Part shown: in pieces, positions 1-15,400 of the stretch
Numbering within the stretch: position 1 is the first letter of the stretch
Layout of the letters: every line of letters begins with the position of its first letter
From: Lingula anatina
Taxonomy: Eukaryota > Animalia > Brachiopoda
Direction: 5' to 3'
Length of the DNA stretch: 64,000 nt
Assembly (NCBI GenBank): GCA_051362555.1
Contig: CM120640.1
Coordinates: forward strand, 47,532,788 to 47,596,787
Translations under genes and position numbers: made by a program
The notes under the pieces: model-generated
The model's input: only the letters and a program-made list of their open reading frames with translations
Database searches by the model: none
Told to the model about the DNA's origin: nothing

Positions 1-3000
1 TTACCTCAGACAAATAACATTTTAAAAATAAATGACTAGTGACAGAGTATACCTAGCCCTCACAAAAACGGAATGTTCTTGTCAGTATGCTGAACCAATA
101 ACAGACAAACACTTCTGTGCAGGTGCCACGATGTTGATTGACTAGTAAGACTTTTTGGTGGGATTGCTTTGTTTAATTGTTTTTTTAATTTGCATTTTTA
201 AAAAATATTTCAAAATGGTAAATGATATAAATGGATAATGACATTCATATGGCTTGTTAATTATGCATACCCCTGGCCCTAATTTTAGGAACTGATTTTA
301 TTCAAAATGGACATGTTTTGGACAGTTTTTCAATTGTTCAATATATCTTAAGATTGCTTAAAATAAATGCTTTAATAAGGGTTTATAACAATGGAAATGG
401 TATATCTATCCTTCACTAAAATGTTCTTACCAATAAACATGATGTATGGAACCCTTAACCTCCACTTATATAAACTGCCCTAAGCCTACCAGCAGCCAAA
501 CTTAACGTTGCATGAAATTCACAAATATTTCAAAGAAACTCATCTTTCAGACTGTCATAAAGCAAGAAGGTTGCTTTCTATCATATCTTTCATGTTCGCA
601 AACAGCTGGATAGACTTTGAAGCCTATATGTGCTCCAGGTAAAATACATCAATCACCTCATTTTTTCTAGTACACCTGGAATCTTAAAACGATAAAAAAT
701 TGTTACCACATTTCTGCTGTTATCTTTGCAGAAGTGCAGCATTGGCGCGCAATAAAGAACATGATTTTGGAACCTGACTTCAGGGGGCAAGAGATAATCG
801 AATATTCCCCTGCAATATTCAAAGAACGCTTTGTTGGCATTACAGGTCGACAATGAATGATTTCCCAGGATATTTTTATTGTTCAGATTTTAAAAAAAAT
901 CTTTAATTCTCCGTTGTTATTTTTTTATTTTATTTATTTATTATTGTATGTTTGTTCAAGCCAATGTCAAAATTTTTTCTACAGCTAAATTTGGGTACAA
1001 AATCTATTTCCTTCAGTTGTCAAGTATATTGAAACATATTCTGCATACTGGTTATTTCCCACCTACATCAATTCACTTTTCGGGAAAGGCGCAACTTAAA
1101 TTGTTCACCCATGTACCAAGCAAAGAAAGTGTACTGCCCTACGAAACCTATGGCTAGACTTCATTTCCCCATACTGACTGCACTAAATCACATTTTGTCA
1201 CCTGAAGGGCTGGTTCTTTGAAGCGTCTGTAGGAAGCAGCAAATAGTCACCATAAATCAATTGAATCGATGGCAAAGGTTTCAATGAGGTGCCAGTTGCG
1301 TTTACTTTTACTGCGGAAGCAAGGACACAGGCCTTGCTGTTTGAACGTCTCTTATGGTACGTTAATTCAGTAAAATCAAGTTCAAGATTTATAAATACTG
1401 CTCATGAATCTTGATTTATTCTATGTTTATGTTTAAGAGCATTAATGTGAAGCCATTTGTATCAATTCAACACTGCCTCTGGTTAACTCCATGAAAGTAA
1501 ACGGGCTACTGGGTTTGCGTAAGATCATTAAGTTGGCAAGGCGTGACTAAGATCAGCACTGTTTAAATATTGGATTGAAAAACCGGTGTGATCATTGATC
1601 TTTAAGGATACAGTTAAGGTCATGTTGATAAGAAACAGGCGATAATCAAATCGCTGTTTTAAAGGTGACTGATCAAAGGCGCGAGTCTAAGGTTTTCTGT
1701 GTTGACACGTGTATAAATAGGTTAAATTTTACATTTAATCTACATTTTTAAATCTAATTTAAACCTTTATTTTTTAAAGATCATTTACAATTTAAATCTG
1801 AAACAAAACCATAGAGATAGACATAAAAAAGATTGAAATCTCTACATAGCCTTGGGTAGAATTTTTTAAGGCTAAGGTTTATATTAGATTGTGATTATCC
1901 CATTTCTTACTTTTTTGTTTCAAATATCTAAAACAAATGTCCCAAAATCTAACAAAATTATTATAAAGGAATTATTCGTCCACCTTTTATTTAGAAAAGA
2001 AGTTTTCTTCGAAATACGGGAAATGCGAACAATTTACGATACATATGTAAGCAAAGAAATAATGAACTAAAACATCTCTAGGTAGTGTTCTTAGTATAGC
2101 AGGCCGAAATGATTATCGAGGGTAAATAGTAGAAAGTTGATGCAGACCTCACGAACTTAATGAAAAGTTGTTTTTGCTTTGCGAATCCTACGAACTGCTC
2201 AACTTGATGTCGATACTTTTGTTGAAGCAGTAACAGTTTCAGAAAAATACCACTTAAAAGAAAATTTGCTCACCGATACATTTTCATTTTCACATCACAT
2301 TGATAATTTGTTTAAAAGAGCAGAATACTGAATCCTTATTATAACTGTTCTACATAAGGAATATCCTTTCTACATTTAATTGCAAAAGGCTGACTGCTTT
2401 TTATTGAGACTGTGAAAGGATTCGCCGTCATTATATGGCAATCATTCCTGTCAAGATAGCTAAGGCTTTCATTTGGAAGGAAATGTTGTGCCAAACCGTG
2501 TGTTTTAAGAAAAGGTATTCCACGGCAACAATCAAAGCACATCTTCTGGCTTCTTCACCAAAAGTCATTTGAATTCAATACATACATGCCTAATTACATT
2601 AGATTCATGCGGAGCTTGGAAATCGTCCTAAAGAAATTACATCCTGTCGATTAATAACACCTCAACTGTCCAATCGATCTGACTTTATTACATGGAAGGC
2701 ACCACGTTTTCTGGAAATCTGACACTATTTAGCCAGATTTTGTAAAGCTGAAAAAGGTATCGCGGAAATTTCAAAATCACACGCCTGTTGCTCCTTCGGC
2801 ATTTATGTGTAGCAAATTATCTCTAGATCGTCATTGCAAACAAGCATTATTTAATTTCTTCGCCATAACCAGTCTTTTATTTACTATTATTGTCATAAAT
2901 TACAACTCATTTCTTAGAATCTTGGTCATAATCTATAGCCACTAAAAATCTTCAATCCCAGAGCCAGCAATTTAAAAAGATGGAAGGGTGTGCTTTCTTT

Positions 3001-6000
3001 CTGAAAAAGTGGATTTCTTTATCCCAAAACCTATGTTCATAGAATCTAGATCAAAGATTTGATTAACAGAGACCGGAGCCAGACAAAATTTTTGCCCCCC
3101 CCCCCTCCTCATTGCCAACGGATCTGCTCTTCAAGGAGAGAAGCAATCAATTCCAAACTGAATTGTCAAGTCTACATTTTACCAGTGTGAAACATGAGTA
3201 CATATTTTCCCCGACTATGCTGCAAGAGTTCTTCTTGGATTGCATTTATACCACACAAGGTTAATTACGATAAAAAGAAATACAAAACTTTGAAAGATGT
3301 CAACTAAAATCAGCTACGCGCGTAGTCTGTCTATTTTAGACAGGTGAAGATAGATATCTCCCCATTGACCAACCAATCTATAGTACATTTACAAACAGTT
3401 GTTTCTTCAACTCTAACATAAAGGTCAACGTACTGAAGGAAGTGCAAAACTCATCAGGAAAGGTACCCAGGAAATTCCAAAAAGTACTTCGTACATTTTC
3501 TGTTAAATGTCACCGATATCTTGAAACATTTTGGGGGTCTATGGACCAATGTTAAGAAGTTAGATATGCCAGTTGTATTTACGTTGTATGGCAGACTTGC
3601 CATCCCAACAAAAGAAGCAGACACACAGTTGACTGATTGACGTTATTCTTTTAAATAATCACGTAGCCACAAAAAACGCCACGCTGCCTGCTAATTATCA
3701 TGTTAGTAAATATATGATTTGTGGCGTTTTTCCCCCTAGAAATTAAAGGTACCCCACTTCTCAAGCACGACTACATACTTTTAAGTCTAACCACTTGAAC
3801 CTGCTGGATATTATCAGTTGCGATTCAAACCAGTATTTTTATCATATCCCAAGTCGTTTTCCCTAATGAACGTTTAGTTTGAGGGAATGCAGTGAAACTA
3901 TGCACTGAATTCAAAGACTAGAGCTTTTCCACAATGGTCTGTAGAGTGAAATGTAAATGCAGCAACTATTGTTGTTTTCCATATTTGGTCAGTCAAGGAC
4001 TAGAAAGCATTACAAAACTGTCTAATCTGGGACCAAAACAAGTCACAGGGATATGAGTCGGGGTATTTTGAGATGTTGCTTAGTGACGCGTCCGGCCTTC
4101 CAGCCTGTCAGACGAAAAAGAAAAGTGAGGAAGTATTGACCAAGCCAATGGTTGGCCAAGTTGTGCTATGTCGTGCCAAGTCGACCTCAAACCAAATTGA
4201 TCTGTAATTGTCTAAAGAGTGCAATGGCTACACTTCTCCGTCGTGAATTATTTAGGTTTTTTTCATAATGGACACACTGAGGAAAGGCAAATTGTCAACT
4301 TGGGTATTGGGAATTGGGCAGCTGGTATGGATAGACCCAGGATACACTCAATATGGTCAAGATGTCAATGGAAGCTATTCCGGGTAACCAGCACGAACCT
4401 CCACATATTTATTTGAAACAATCTTAAAAGCAGGAATCATTGATATTCGACCTCTAGAAGCGGTCCCTTAAGACTTCGCGTGAACCCCTTTCACATGTAA
4501 GCAGACAAAGTGCTGTCCTAATACCATGAGTTACCCAGCGTGTAGTTGCCAGAATTTTCGAGGATGTACTGCCTGCTGGTACCTAACCTGAAACAAATTA
4601 GGCCTGAAATTATTGGTATTTCGGCTTAAGTCTTATTCTAACCTTCAGCCCTGCACCCACAGCAGCCAATTTAAAATCATTTGCCAGAGTATGTCTGTGG
4701 TGCAAATTAAAAAATTAAAAAAGCTATGCCTGATAGTTATAGGTTTGATCAGTTCCAAAGTATCAGGAAAAAAAGACATAAAATTTAACGTCTGAATAGA
4801 ACTTTCGAAAAGAGCATCTATTTGGTTACATGTACAGGTTATCTGTTATTTTGTTTTCAACTTTGATTCTTGACTCACTACTATTATTACACACACTTAA
4901 GACAACAATAGCATCTATACCTCAATAGTTGAATTAATGCAACAAATATCAATATTGTCATCACACAGATAATGCACATCTAGTAAACATTTGAAAACAT
5001 TGAATTCTCAAATTGGATAAATGAATTGTTCAGCGTATGAGGAAAACATTACCAAGTGATTTTGCAAACCAGTAAATGAAACTTGTCAGAAATATCACAC
5101 ACACACACACACACAAGGATATTGGACCGGTGGGGTAGTGAAGAAAGAGAGGGTCACTGTTAAACCCTGAACACTTAAGTGCTGTACAAGCATCAATAAA
5201 TATTGTAAAAAGAATTACGTTTCTGACATGCATATCCAAGAGCCACGAAACCACCTGAAGTGAGACAAACGGCTTATATCATTTATCCACACGCCTTGGG
5301 CATCGTACCTGTTTAGTCCCGTTTTAACAGACAATTGTTTGTTTGTTTGTTTGCTAGCTTATTTACTTATTTATTCATCGCAGCTCTCTACCAAGTCATA
5401 ACGTTTTAACTGATGCTTGCCACCTATTTTCTTAACGAACATTGACGATGATCAAGTTGTGCCCCAAAAGAATTTAGTTCTGCTTTCAGTACGGCACTTA
5501 AGATAACTACTTCTAGTGGTCTTCTACAGAAAACTCAAAAGTCTATTTGTGTTAAAATTCTCAGTAGACAAACTTAATTTAGTCCATGATCATTTATCCG
5601 TTCTTTGCACCTATATTATCCACGATATACTTTGTCTTACATTTTTCTGTCTAATCTGTTTTTCTATTCTCAAGAGTTCTTAGGGATCAGTTGAAATCTT
5701 AACCCTTGTCGAGGTTATCATTCACATCGCTCCCATAAAGTGGTCTGATCTTAGTTGTTTCCTTAAACTTTTTAAAGACGTTCTTTCCCATGGCGAGAAT
5801 TAGACTTTTAGCTCGGTCATTATTGAATTTTGTAAATCAAATTTAGTCTCTACTCCTGTATTTCTTCTGTTGTTGATTTTGTGTATACTCCATATAATAT
5901 AATGTCCCTCATTGAAATACTTTTTTTGTTTTATACAAAACTAACTAAGTTTGCCCAAGGAGTTTGTCTCTTGGTTAGCCTAACTTATTTTATTTTCATA

Positions 6001-7640
6001 TCATGTTTTAAATCGTCTAGCGTAATTTGGCCTTATGTACTACTTTCTTCTTTTTCTATATATATCTATATATTTTTTGCCTGAAAGACGAATTCAAATC
6101 TCAAATCCACGATTTCTTAAGCCATACCAGTACTTCCGCAGAGGTTTAGGTGCAGTTATCTTAGATGCCTCGGGTTAGGCGCTTACAACATTAAAAGAAA
6201 ATTAATTCAACAAGGGAGAAGAATTTGAGGTAATATCTGACACAACCTGTGATCGATTGTACCTGTAGGGAGAAATCGGCTAGGTATAATACCTCTTTTA
6301 AGTAGTTAAACACTGGGTAACATGTGTTCCGGGAAACTGAGACAAAAATAAGTGCATTCTAGCAGCAGTCGCGTGTTAGGTATATTAGATGCGTAAGAAA
6401 TCGCAAACATGTTGCAGCGTGTTGCTTTTTTGTTCTTTTTTGTTGACCGTCTACATAGGAGTTTATTGGAGAGTTAGATTATAATATCACATGTATGTCA
6501 GAAATTTCATTTTAACATTCATTCATTTTCTGATCTTTTCATTTTTCTGATTTTCTCGTGACAAACACATGTACATGAACAGAAAAAATGAATTCCCCTG
6601 ATGCTAAAAAGAAACGGAACGGGGATATAATGTAACGTATCTCTCTCTCTCTCCCTCCTTTTTTCTTTTCTTTTTTTTTCTGGCAACAAGTAGTAAGAAA
6701 GATTTGCTAGATATAATCGGCGCACGGAACATGTACGTGTTTTTTTTCTTTCTCTTGATCTGTGAGAAATGTGATGTTTAGCTTATCCACCTGTACTCCT
6801 GATGCATATCGGATCTCTGCTCCGAAGATAAAAATCAGAATCTATGTCCACTGGTTATGTAATAGAGTAATGAAATAGGATTACGTGGAGGAAATACAAT
6901 GTAGATAATCGACCTGGAAATCCCGCTGTCAGTTGTGCACATTTTTCTATTTTCTCGAAAACGATTGTTGGCAATATCTCAGAAAATTCCTTAAGGGTAT
7001 GAAAAATTGATATTTTCCTTTCAATTCTATATGGGAGGGTGAGATAGGAAATTGGCGTGTCATTTTCGTCCATGGGGGAGATATAATGGAAATGTATCAT
7101 TAAAATCAGCTCTTTATAGAATTAAGAATTTTTCCAAGATATCCAGCACAACACGTTTCTATTCGATAGTCATTTTGGATGTCCATATTTCACAATAATG
7201 AGCTAGCGGAAACTGAATCAATTTTTCAGAAAGATGTTTGTCTCTTTCCACCATCTTCTCCCGATCTGGAAGTGGTAACTGGTTCCATCTTTTAAGGGTC
7301 GCCCATGATTATCATTTCTGAGAGGCAAAGATATATTCAGTTCTCTCCTTTAGTTGTCGATCAACCACCAAACGTATCGGTAGCTCATTGCCTTTAACTA
7401 GGAAAATTCGGCATAATCTTTGACAAAACTCAAAAGATCCAAGGTATGTACTGCAATTGTAGTATCTAAGCAATGAGTCGTAATAAAATTTGACTACTTA
7501 TTGCTATATCGTGATCTGCCGTTGAGACTCATTTCTATTGAAAGTTGACTTAATATTATCTCTTTTACTGCTGGTTTATTCTAATAAGTGACTCTCTCTC
7601 TCTCTTGCTAAATATTAATTTATTTTTCAAAAAATTTCAG

Positions 7641-8180
7641 ATGAGCTGTGCACCTCTTCCAGACTTTTGGGTGCGCAAAATGCGTTCCTTTTTTATCATC
7701 TTCGATCGCGATCTCGACTGTGTTGTTAACAAATCAGATTTTGTAGACTGGGTCGAAGAAAGAGCGAAAAAATACATGAGCAAGGAAAAGGCAGAAGTCT
7801 TTTGCAATCTCTGGGATAAGGAATGGGACATGTTTTGCGGTGGTGCCCAGAAAGAAAAGGAAAACATCAACGAAATGGTGAAAGCACATCAAAAGTATCT
7901 CCAAGACCCCCACTACCACGAAAAAACCGAGAAGTGGCTGTCGGCTTGCTTTGACGGCGTGGATGCCAACAGCGACGGTATGGTAACCATGGATGAATAT
8001 GCCGTTTTCCTCGAATGTTTTGGAGTCCATCCACTCTCTGTTTGCCCGTCATTTGAAGCTCTAGATGCCAATCACGACGGTCTGATCAGTAGAGAGGAAT
8101 TTGTCAATGCCGGCAGAGACTTTTTCCAGCACACCGACGACACGCCTGCAAAATTGTTTTGGGGACCGTTCTTGGCATAG
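7641..8180 (+). CDS. Sarcoplasmic calcium-binding protein (SCP/calexcitin-like EF-hand protein), 179 aa, single coding exon
   Basis: ATG at 7641 lies directly after a tttcag acceptor. A probable 5'UTR exon ends at 7443 (aag|gtatgt). EF-hand loops DRDLDCVVNKSD, DANSDGMVTMDEY and DANHDGLISREEF, N-terminal FWVRKMRSFF and C-terminal LFWGPF are typical of invertebrate SCPs. AATAAA at 8780. Confidence 0.9.
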   Translation: MSCAPLPDFWVRKMRSFFIIFDRDLDCVVNKSDFVDWVEERAKKYMSKEKAEVFCNLWDKEWDMFCGGAQKEKENINEMVKAHQKYLQDPHYHEKTEKWLSACFDGVDANSDGMVTMDEYAVFLECFGVHPLSVCPSFEALDANHDGLISREEFVNAGRDFFQHTDDTPAKLFWGPFLA

Positions 8181-8779
8181 ATGAAAACGATGCTCAAGAG
8201 ATGACCCTAACCTCTAAGCTCAAATCACCATGGAACCGAATCGAACCCATTTGAAGACAACCTTGTACGCTTGAATGAACCATCCTTCCGCCATGTATTG
8301 AATCTCTCTTTTTATATGGGAATGAACAATTGGTAGGATGACTTAACTATAGAATGGTTGAATGTTGTGAATGTTATGAATAGATAACGGGGGCAAAACC
8401 TCCCTTTCCACCATGGTTAAGTAACAGTATATTTTGATTCAGGATTCAAGATCAACTGAAAACCTGTAACTGATTTTATGTGATTAATTCAATGTTGTTG
8501 TCTTAGTTTCGAATATCTAAGTCGAAAATAGCATCAAGTATTGGACATAATTTTAAGTAAAGGATACAAGTCAGTTTGTTTTCTTATTTTGCGTGTTTTA
8601 AGGGAAATATGGCTTATATTAAGATACTGTGGGCATGATACAGCGGTAGTCTTATTTGCTTCAACCTTTCAATGATCCAACGCTTACAGGATGAATTGCA
8701 TGTAAAAGCAGCTGCCAATTATTGTAATGTTCATACGGACCACCAACATACAATGTACACACTTTTTTTACCCTTTTTG

Positions 8780-8785
8780 AATAAA
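8780..8785 (+). promoter_or_regulatory. Probable polyadenylation signal of the SCP gene
   Basis: AATAAA ~600 nt after the stop codon, followed by GT/T-rich sequence. Confidence 0.4.
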
Positions 8786-9523
8786 ACTATATTCAAAGTA
8801 AATTTATGTGTTTTCTATTTATTTATAAAGCAGCGTTTTATTTCTAGAACAAAGGCGTTTTGAATCTGTTTTTTCTTTATCGCAATGTATCGACATTAAG
8901 TGAGGAGCAATCTCGATGTACGACTCCCACTGCGATTGTTTCCTTTAAATACTTACTAGAATTGGAAATTCTGTCCCCACGCTTTTACTTACCCTTGACC
9001 ATGAGAGAGGAGTAATATTGTAACATTTTACCCTAGTAAATTACGTAGATATTTGACGGCCAATGCGAACGGCGGGAAGATCTATCCAAAAACTGGATTT
9101 TTTGTACTTCTGGCGTACAGTTTTGTTTGATAAAAATTAGTCGATGTTTCTGCAGTAAGAATTACAATTCAGGCTACCGACACAATAAGGGTGACTGTTC
9201 CTTGCTCAAACTCAAAAACTGAAGTCTCTCTCTCTCATAACTAAAGTAAACGCTATACTTTACAAGATAACTGGACTAAAATTAATTGAAAATAGCAGGT
9301 ACACAGCCAGAACATTATACAGAATTAAATGACTTAAGAAATTTGAAATAGATCTTCAATTGTCAGCAGAAAAAAATAAATATTAGGACATGTTTCTGAT
9401 AAATCTGTGCAGATTGTGTCACATACGCCGCAAAACATTTATTTCAAAGGTGATGTTCAGGTACAGGAGCAGCTCTTTTTGCTTGCTGAGAATATTAATA
9501 ATTTTGACCGAGTCTCATCCTTT

Positions 9524-9527
9524 CAAA

Positions 9528-9566
<39 letters not shown>

Positions 9567-9567
9567 A
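9524..9567. repeat. (AAAT)n microsatellite
   Basis: About 11 direct units. Confidence 0.9.
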
Positions 9568-11555
9568 AGCATGAATGCAAACTGTTGGATGCCAATTTCA
9601 AATGTAGGCCTAATAGGGTTTTCTTTTTTTCTGTTGCAAACCTCGGTCTGAGCACAGAGCGCAGAGGCCAATCGATCCATGTCGATATAAATCTCTATAA
9701 TGGTAGACAAGGGAACAGGGGCATCATATGTCCTTCAAGGTCAAGTTGTTTAGCTGGTATATTTTACAGTCATTTAATCCATGTCCGCAACTGCTCTTGC
9801 CAAGAAGTATGGCTATACTTATCTTCTTGTTGGTGTCTTTTATAACCTAAAATTTTGCAAAGAATCAAAAGATAAATAAGACTGCAGACCCTAAGCCCAA
9901 ACTAAATGCAAACTTTATTGAAGATTGCGAAAAGCTGTTTGATTGAGATTGTTTACTGCTAGCCTAAAAGGTGTGCAGAAGTCTGGTCTCCTGACCAATC
10001 CTACGTGGCCCCTGCTTTGGCACTTTTCTGTCAGAAGGTCCTTCTACACACTAAGCCTTTCACTGATTGAAAGTGAAATGCAGTTATGGAGAAAATTGTA
10101 TTTTGATAGCAAGCTGTACCTGGTTCGCGTGAACATATCCACGACCCAGCTCCCAAAGTCAAGTAGACCGACTGTTCACCTTTTTACAGGTTTCTCACGT
10201 CTGCCAGTCATGATAATTGGTGGAGATTGGAGTAAACGGTGGCATAAACCTATTTCGGTGTTGGAACAGTAGGCCTACTAGTAAAAGTCAAAATGAGGAA
10301 GCTACAGAAAAGTTGCAACTGTGTGTGCCAAGATATTTTATGGTGCGTTAAGATATGGAGTATTTATATTGGTATATATATGCGATAGGTGTAAACAATT
10401 CATCTCCTACCCCTGTGCCCCTCCCTTCTCGTATATGCCACACTTAAACACCGTAAATCCTGGCTCACAATCTACCAGTTTAGAAAGTGCACTTAGTTTT
10501 TAAGTAATTACAGCCTATGAAAAAGATAAGAATAAAAAACGTAAATTATAGTAGCAGCAACAGTCTGTTAATCGTCACGCGATGTGGCAGAACACAGTAA
10601 ATGAGTTTGCAGGCCTATTCGATTTTAAGTCTCAGACTGTCTGCCTTGGATTGTTCACAATGACGTAAGAGCCTGTGCCTGGAATATTGTGCATTGTACA
10701 TGCAAGAACGGCATCTGAGATTAATTGTACATTTCATAATAGATTTCTACGATAATGGACAAAAATAGCCAGATGATTGATCGGGACAATAAAAAGTAAA
10801 TCTCATGGACGCCCTGCAAGACAGAAAAACAGTAGGCCCTATGGGGAAGGAGAAAATTCGGTTTGTTTGATAAATCATTTTAACAGCGGTGCAGATAAAA
10901 CTGATTCACCTGTCAAAGCCAACAGGCGACACAATGACGAAACTTGTTGAAATTACCTGCTAAATCCCACCCAGTTACACAGTACTAGTACATAGGCCTA
11001 TATGTGTTATTCCATCATATTTACACTGAATTTTTATGCCTATTTGAATACGGGCCGTTAGGTAGCTCAATCCAGAAAATAGGTTGTCGAAATAAACCAG
11101 TTGCATTGCACACGAGGCTACAAATACATGTAGATGCACTTCACGGTTCAGACTGTTGTATTCAACTCGATGAAGTCGCTCATTAGAGCCCCAAATAAAT
11201 ATGTGTTCATTAAAATTACAAGAGCCTCTTGTCTGAACCCTCGTCTCACCACACCCCAAAAGATCCTTACATGATTCTAAATAATATGAATCAGCTGTGG
11301 ATTTGTTAAGAAATCGAGGAAGAACGATCCCTATTGTAAATCAGCAACAAACCCTCCCTGGTATTTGCAATTTGGATCTATTCATACGTGGTTCATTATC
11401 TTCATCATTAATAACACGATTATGGGTCTTCGGCATGGTAAACAATTTCCTTGTGGGGGGTTAACATCGACTAGGAAATTAATTTTGATTCTCAAATTTT
11501 AGTTCCAAGAAAATTATCTACCTCTGCCGTTTTGTGATCTGTGCAAGGCGACCGT

Positions 11556-11595
<40 letters not shown>

Positions 11596-12471
11596 AGGTT
11601 AAAATCGTTTTTGAAAGATATCGTATCAAAACGTGCTTGCCAAAATATACAAGTCGGCGTTTGTTTTGATAGCATTGTCGAAAAATTCATCATTAGAAAA
11701 TTCCTAAAATATGTAAATTATTTTCAAACTTTTAAAAAAATCCTCTGGTTTTTGGAAATTTCAAGTGTGCAAGATGTGATTGCTGTGATAGAAAGTTAAG
11801 TTGCTCTCTAACGCAGCAACAACATTTATTTGCCCACTTTAAACAGGACGTAAAAAACACATTTGAAATGTTTATTATTCAGTTGAGTTGTGAATTGGAC
11901 ATTGACTATGAAAGCAATAGGCCTTTAACCCCTTTCTTTCAAATCTATCACAAGCTATATCTTGTGCGTGTTGGTTTTTTACAGCGAAACAAAAGAGATG
12001 GAAGATGCTCAAGGTCTGCCTGGAAAAACGTGATCTGCAGTAGCGACATCTATCGGCTTGTTTGCACCTATTTCCCGGAAATTTGCTGTATTTCGCTGAT
12101 GTTCAGCTATACTGTATTCTTGCTGCTTTGTATATAAATTGGATACTAAACAGTAAGTACGACACTACATTAATAATTGAATTGAAATAATCCGTTATGT
12201 AGACCAAATGATTTGTGAAGTTGTAGAGGCGGGTCATTTTGAAGAAGGTCAAAACAGGACTGTATTTTAAACAGATCCGGCCAGTTTCGATTTTACGATT
12301 CCATCACATCGTCTACTCTTACTGGTAGGGAATGTCAGTTTGGAATGGTTTTTAAATGTTAAAACCAATAAGTTTGCAGTACTGTGGATTACTCTCAATC
12401 TGCAATTATAAATTATTTTATATAAAAATCCTGATTACTCTTTTGAATTATGGTTTATTGCAGTTTGTTGA

Positions 12472-15400
12472 ATGATGGATAATTCCACAGGAAACTTGAC
12501 TGAAGCTAGTCTATTGGATGGACATAGCTTCTGCTTTGGTCAGTGGAAGACACCACATCACATCTTGTTTCAGATAGGGCATGCTGCCCTCCTAGTAGGA
12601 TATCTAGGACCAGAGGGAACTTATGGGATTTTATTTACCCATAGTATGCTTGTTCTTGGTACGTTATACTCATGTATGTCTTTGTTGCATTTACGAGCAT
12701 ATGCATTCTGTGGTAAAAAAATAAAAAGGCGACTGTGATTACCACCCTATGCATATTTCATAACTTGAGTAATGCAAGTTATTTTTTATTTGAATAAATT
12801 ATGCATTTATTTAGTGGATTGAAGTCATTATAATTTTTTTTTTGTTAGACAGAGTAAGTTAATTATTATTAACAAGTGGTAAATATAATTTGTTAAGATG
12901 ATCTTGTCTACATTTACACTTTAATGGAATAATTGCTGTACCAGTTCTCCAAAAAAATAAAAGTCAATTTCTAATATTTTTTTGGCTAATTTTGACAAAT
13001 GGAAATGCTGATGAAACTTTATTGTCAGGCAATTTATCTATCGCTGTAATCATTTAGCAAAATAATATTTTCATTTATTTGGCTAAGACAAGACTTAAAT
13101 ATGCTAAAGCAAGCTCAATATGTGTTTTATTTACATTAATTTCTCTTGGCATTCATAGTTCAGTATTATGTATCAGTTATATGACACTGTTTTATATGAT
13201 ATTAACAAGAAAATAAGTTTTTTTTATTTCAAGCCTTTTCTATGAAAAAAATGTTGATATTTTCATGGTTTATAAATTTAATTTGTTTTTTTTGGCCCTA
13301 GGATTTTTACTCCTTGCCACATGGTCCTGGATAATTCTCTGTGCTCCAGATGTGTTCTCCTGGCATTTCAGTTTCACAGTTATTAACCTGGTGCAGATGT
13401 TGTTCATGCTGTACAGACTAAAACCTGTGAAATTTTCTCAAGAACTAGAGGAGGTTTATGTCACATTATTTCAGCCACTGAAAGTCTCCAGGTATTAAAG
13501 AAACAATGTTGTGTTTCGGGTTAATACCCACTTTTGATATACTGTAACTCAAGTTCTTGAAAGGTGAATAACTTATGATATTTATTATTAATATTTTCTG
13601 CTGTTTTTGATGGCATTTCATGTCTTTTGATGCTCAAAGGTCTTTCATCTTTTAGCCAGGTGTAGTGTTAAATGTAGTTAAACCCTTTTGTAAAACTCAC
13701 ATTACAGGGTTTCATTTGATCAATAAGTACCATATGCTCTCTAGCTCTTTAATACTGACATTTCAGATCACTGTTCAAGAAACTAATTAGCCCTGAGCAT
13801 GCCACCATTGCTACCTTACAAGAAGGAGAGGTTTATGCGACTCAAAATGTCACCAGGACAAATAAGTTAGGTCTCCTAGTGTCTGGAATGTAAGTATAGA
13901 AAGCATTGGGATTTTAGCTGAACATTCAAGTTTGAAGGTATAAGCACAATTGCTTAAGAGAGATCCAAGACATTGATGAATGCTATTTTGATGTACATTT
14001 TCACATCAGTCCAATTAAATTTTTTTACCATTTTAATGATCAAAACTACCTGTACAAGAATACCATGATATTGTCTGAAATGAAATATGATTGACTACAT
14101 GGTTATTTAAATTACAATGATTTTTGTTTTTTTTTTTGCTTTTTTATGAGAATTTATATATATTGCAATAATGACTTTCAGGATTACAGTTATTGCTAAT
14201 GGCCAATTCCTTCATAATATTCATGAAAAGGAATTCCTAGATTCTCCAGAGTTTGAGTCTACTTCCAATAAAGAGGATAAATTTCAGGTATGGGATATTT
14301 TCATTTAATTTAACATAATGATATACGATTGTGTAAATCATTACCAAATGCTGTAGATAATCAGTTATGGTGGTTTGTCAGAGAGTGGCAGTACAAGGAA
14401 CATATATTGGTCAAATACCTTTGTTAAGGACTAAATAATGAATGCTTTATTCATGTCATTTTAGGTGTCTCTCATTGCCACTGAATACAGTCGTTGCCTG
14501 GTGTGGCAGAGGTCTGCCCTGAAGTACCTGTTGGCCAAGGAGCCATTCCTGGCACAGGTGTTATCAGGAGTAGTGGGCAGAGATGTCACCAATAAGCTGT
14601 ATGCCATCAACCAAAAGGTATGCATTAAAATATTTGATTTTCAAAAGTTACATGATAATGATGAAAGCAACTTACATTTACGTGTATATCCCACAGGTAC
14701 CTGGTAGCATTCTAAATTAAAGTACTTGGAGAAACTTGAAATGAAACTGTGGCACTGCGGACGGGCCACCTCGGATGTACTAGTATAATTCCTGCTCACA
14801 TTTCAGATAATGTTGTCAGATGGGTCAAGAGTGGATATTAGGCTTCCCTGCATCAATGCCCTCAAGATTAAAGAATCTGCCTCGAGGTCCCCATCTATCA
14901 CCAGGTCCAACCAAAGAATTCAAGGTAAATATGTCCAATCCAATCTGCTGCATATAGGCAAAAAAGAAGCAACATTGCAATATATCAAGATATTGGCATT
15001 TCAATTTATTAAAAATGCCCCTGACATAATTTCTAGGAGCCCTTGTGTACCAAAGCTAATATTATATATTAATTTGTGAACTATATTGAAAAAGTTTCAG
15101 GATTTTTTTTTTTTTTTTTTTTTTGGGGGGGGGGGGGGTGCCAGCTGGTGGTGCATACTTAAGAGGTGACTTTATGCCTCTCTTGTTCCTTAAAATAATG
15201 AAAAAGTGAAAGATTGAAACAATTAATTTTTCATTATATTTTTGCAGCACATTTGGTTAAATCAGCCTAATACAAAAGGACATGGTAATTCTAAAGAATG
15301 CGTAATTTTATATTATCATGTTTTGTATAATTTTATTTGATCATTTGATGAGGGTGCATTATCTCCATGGAACTGAATTTAAAATGGATAATCAATATTT

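Noticed and set aside
1-7300. Short 60-80 aa ORFs in the first 7 kb (and similar ones at 20-46 kb)
   Set aside because: No recognisable motifs, mostly non-ATG starts, low-complexity AT-rich content and no consistent splice chain.
11557-11592. Long poly(A) tracts (also ~40276-40306) as retrocopy tails
   Set aside because: No identifiable upstream retroposed body or TSD; treated as simple homopolymers.
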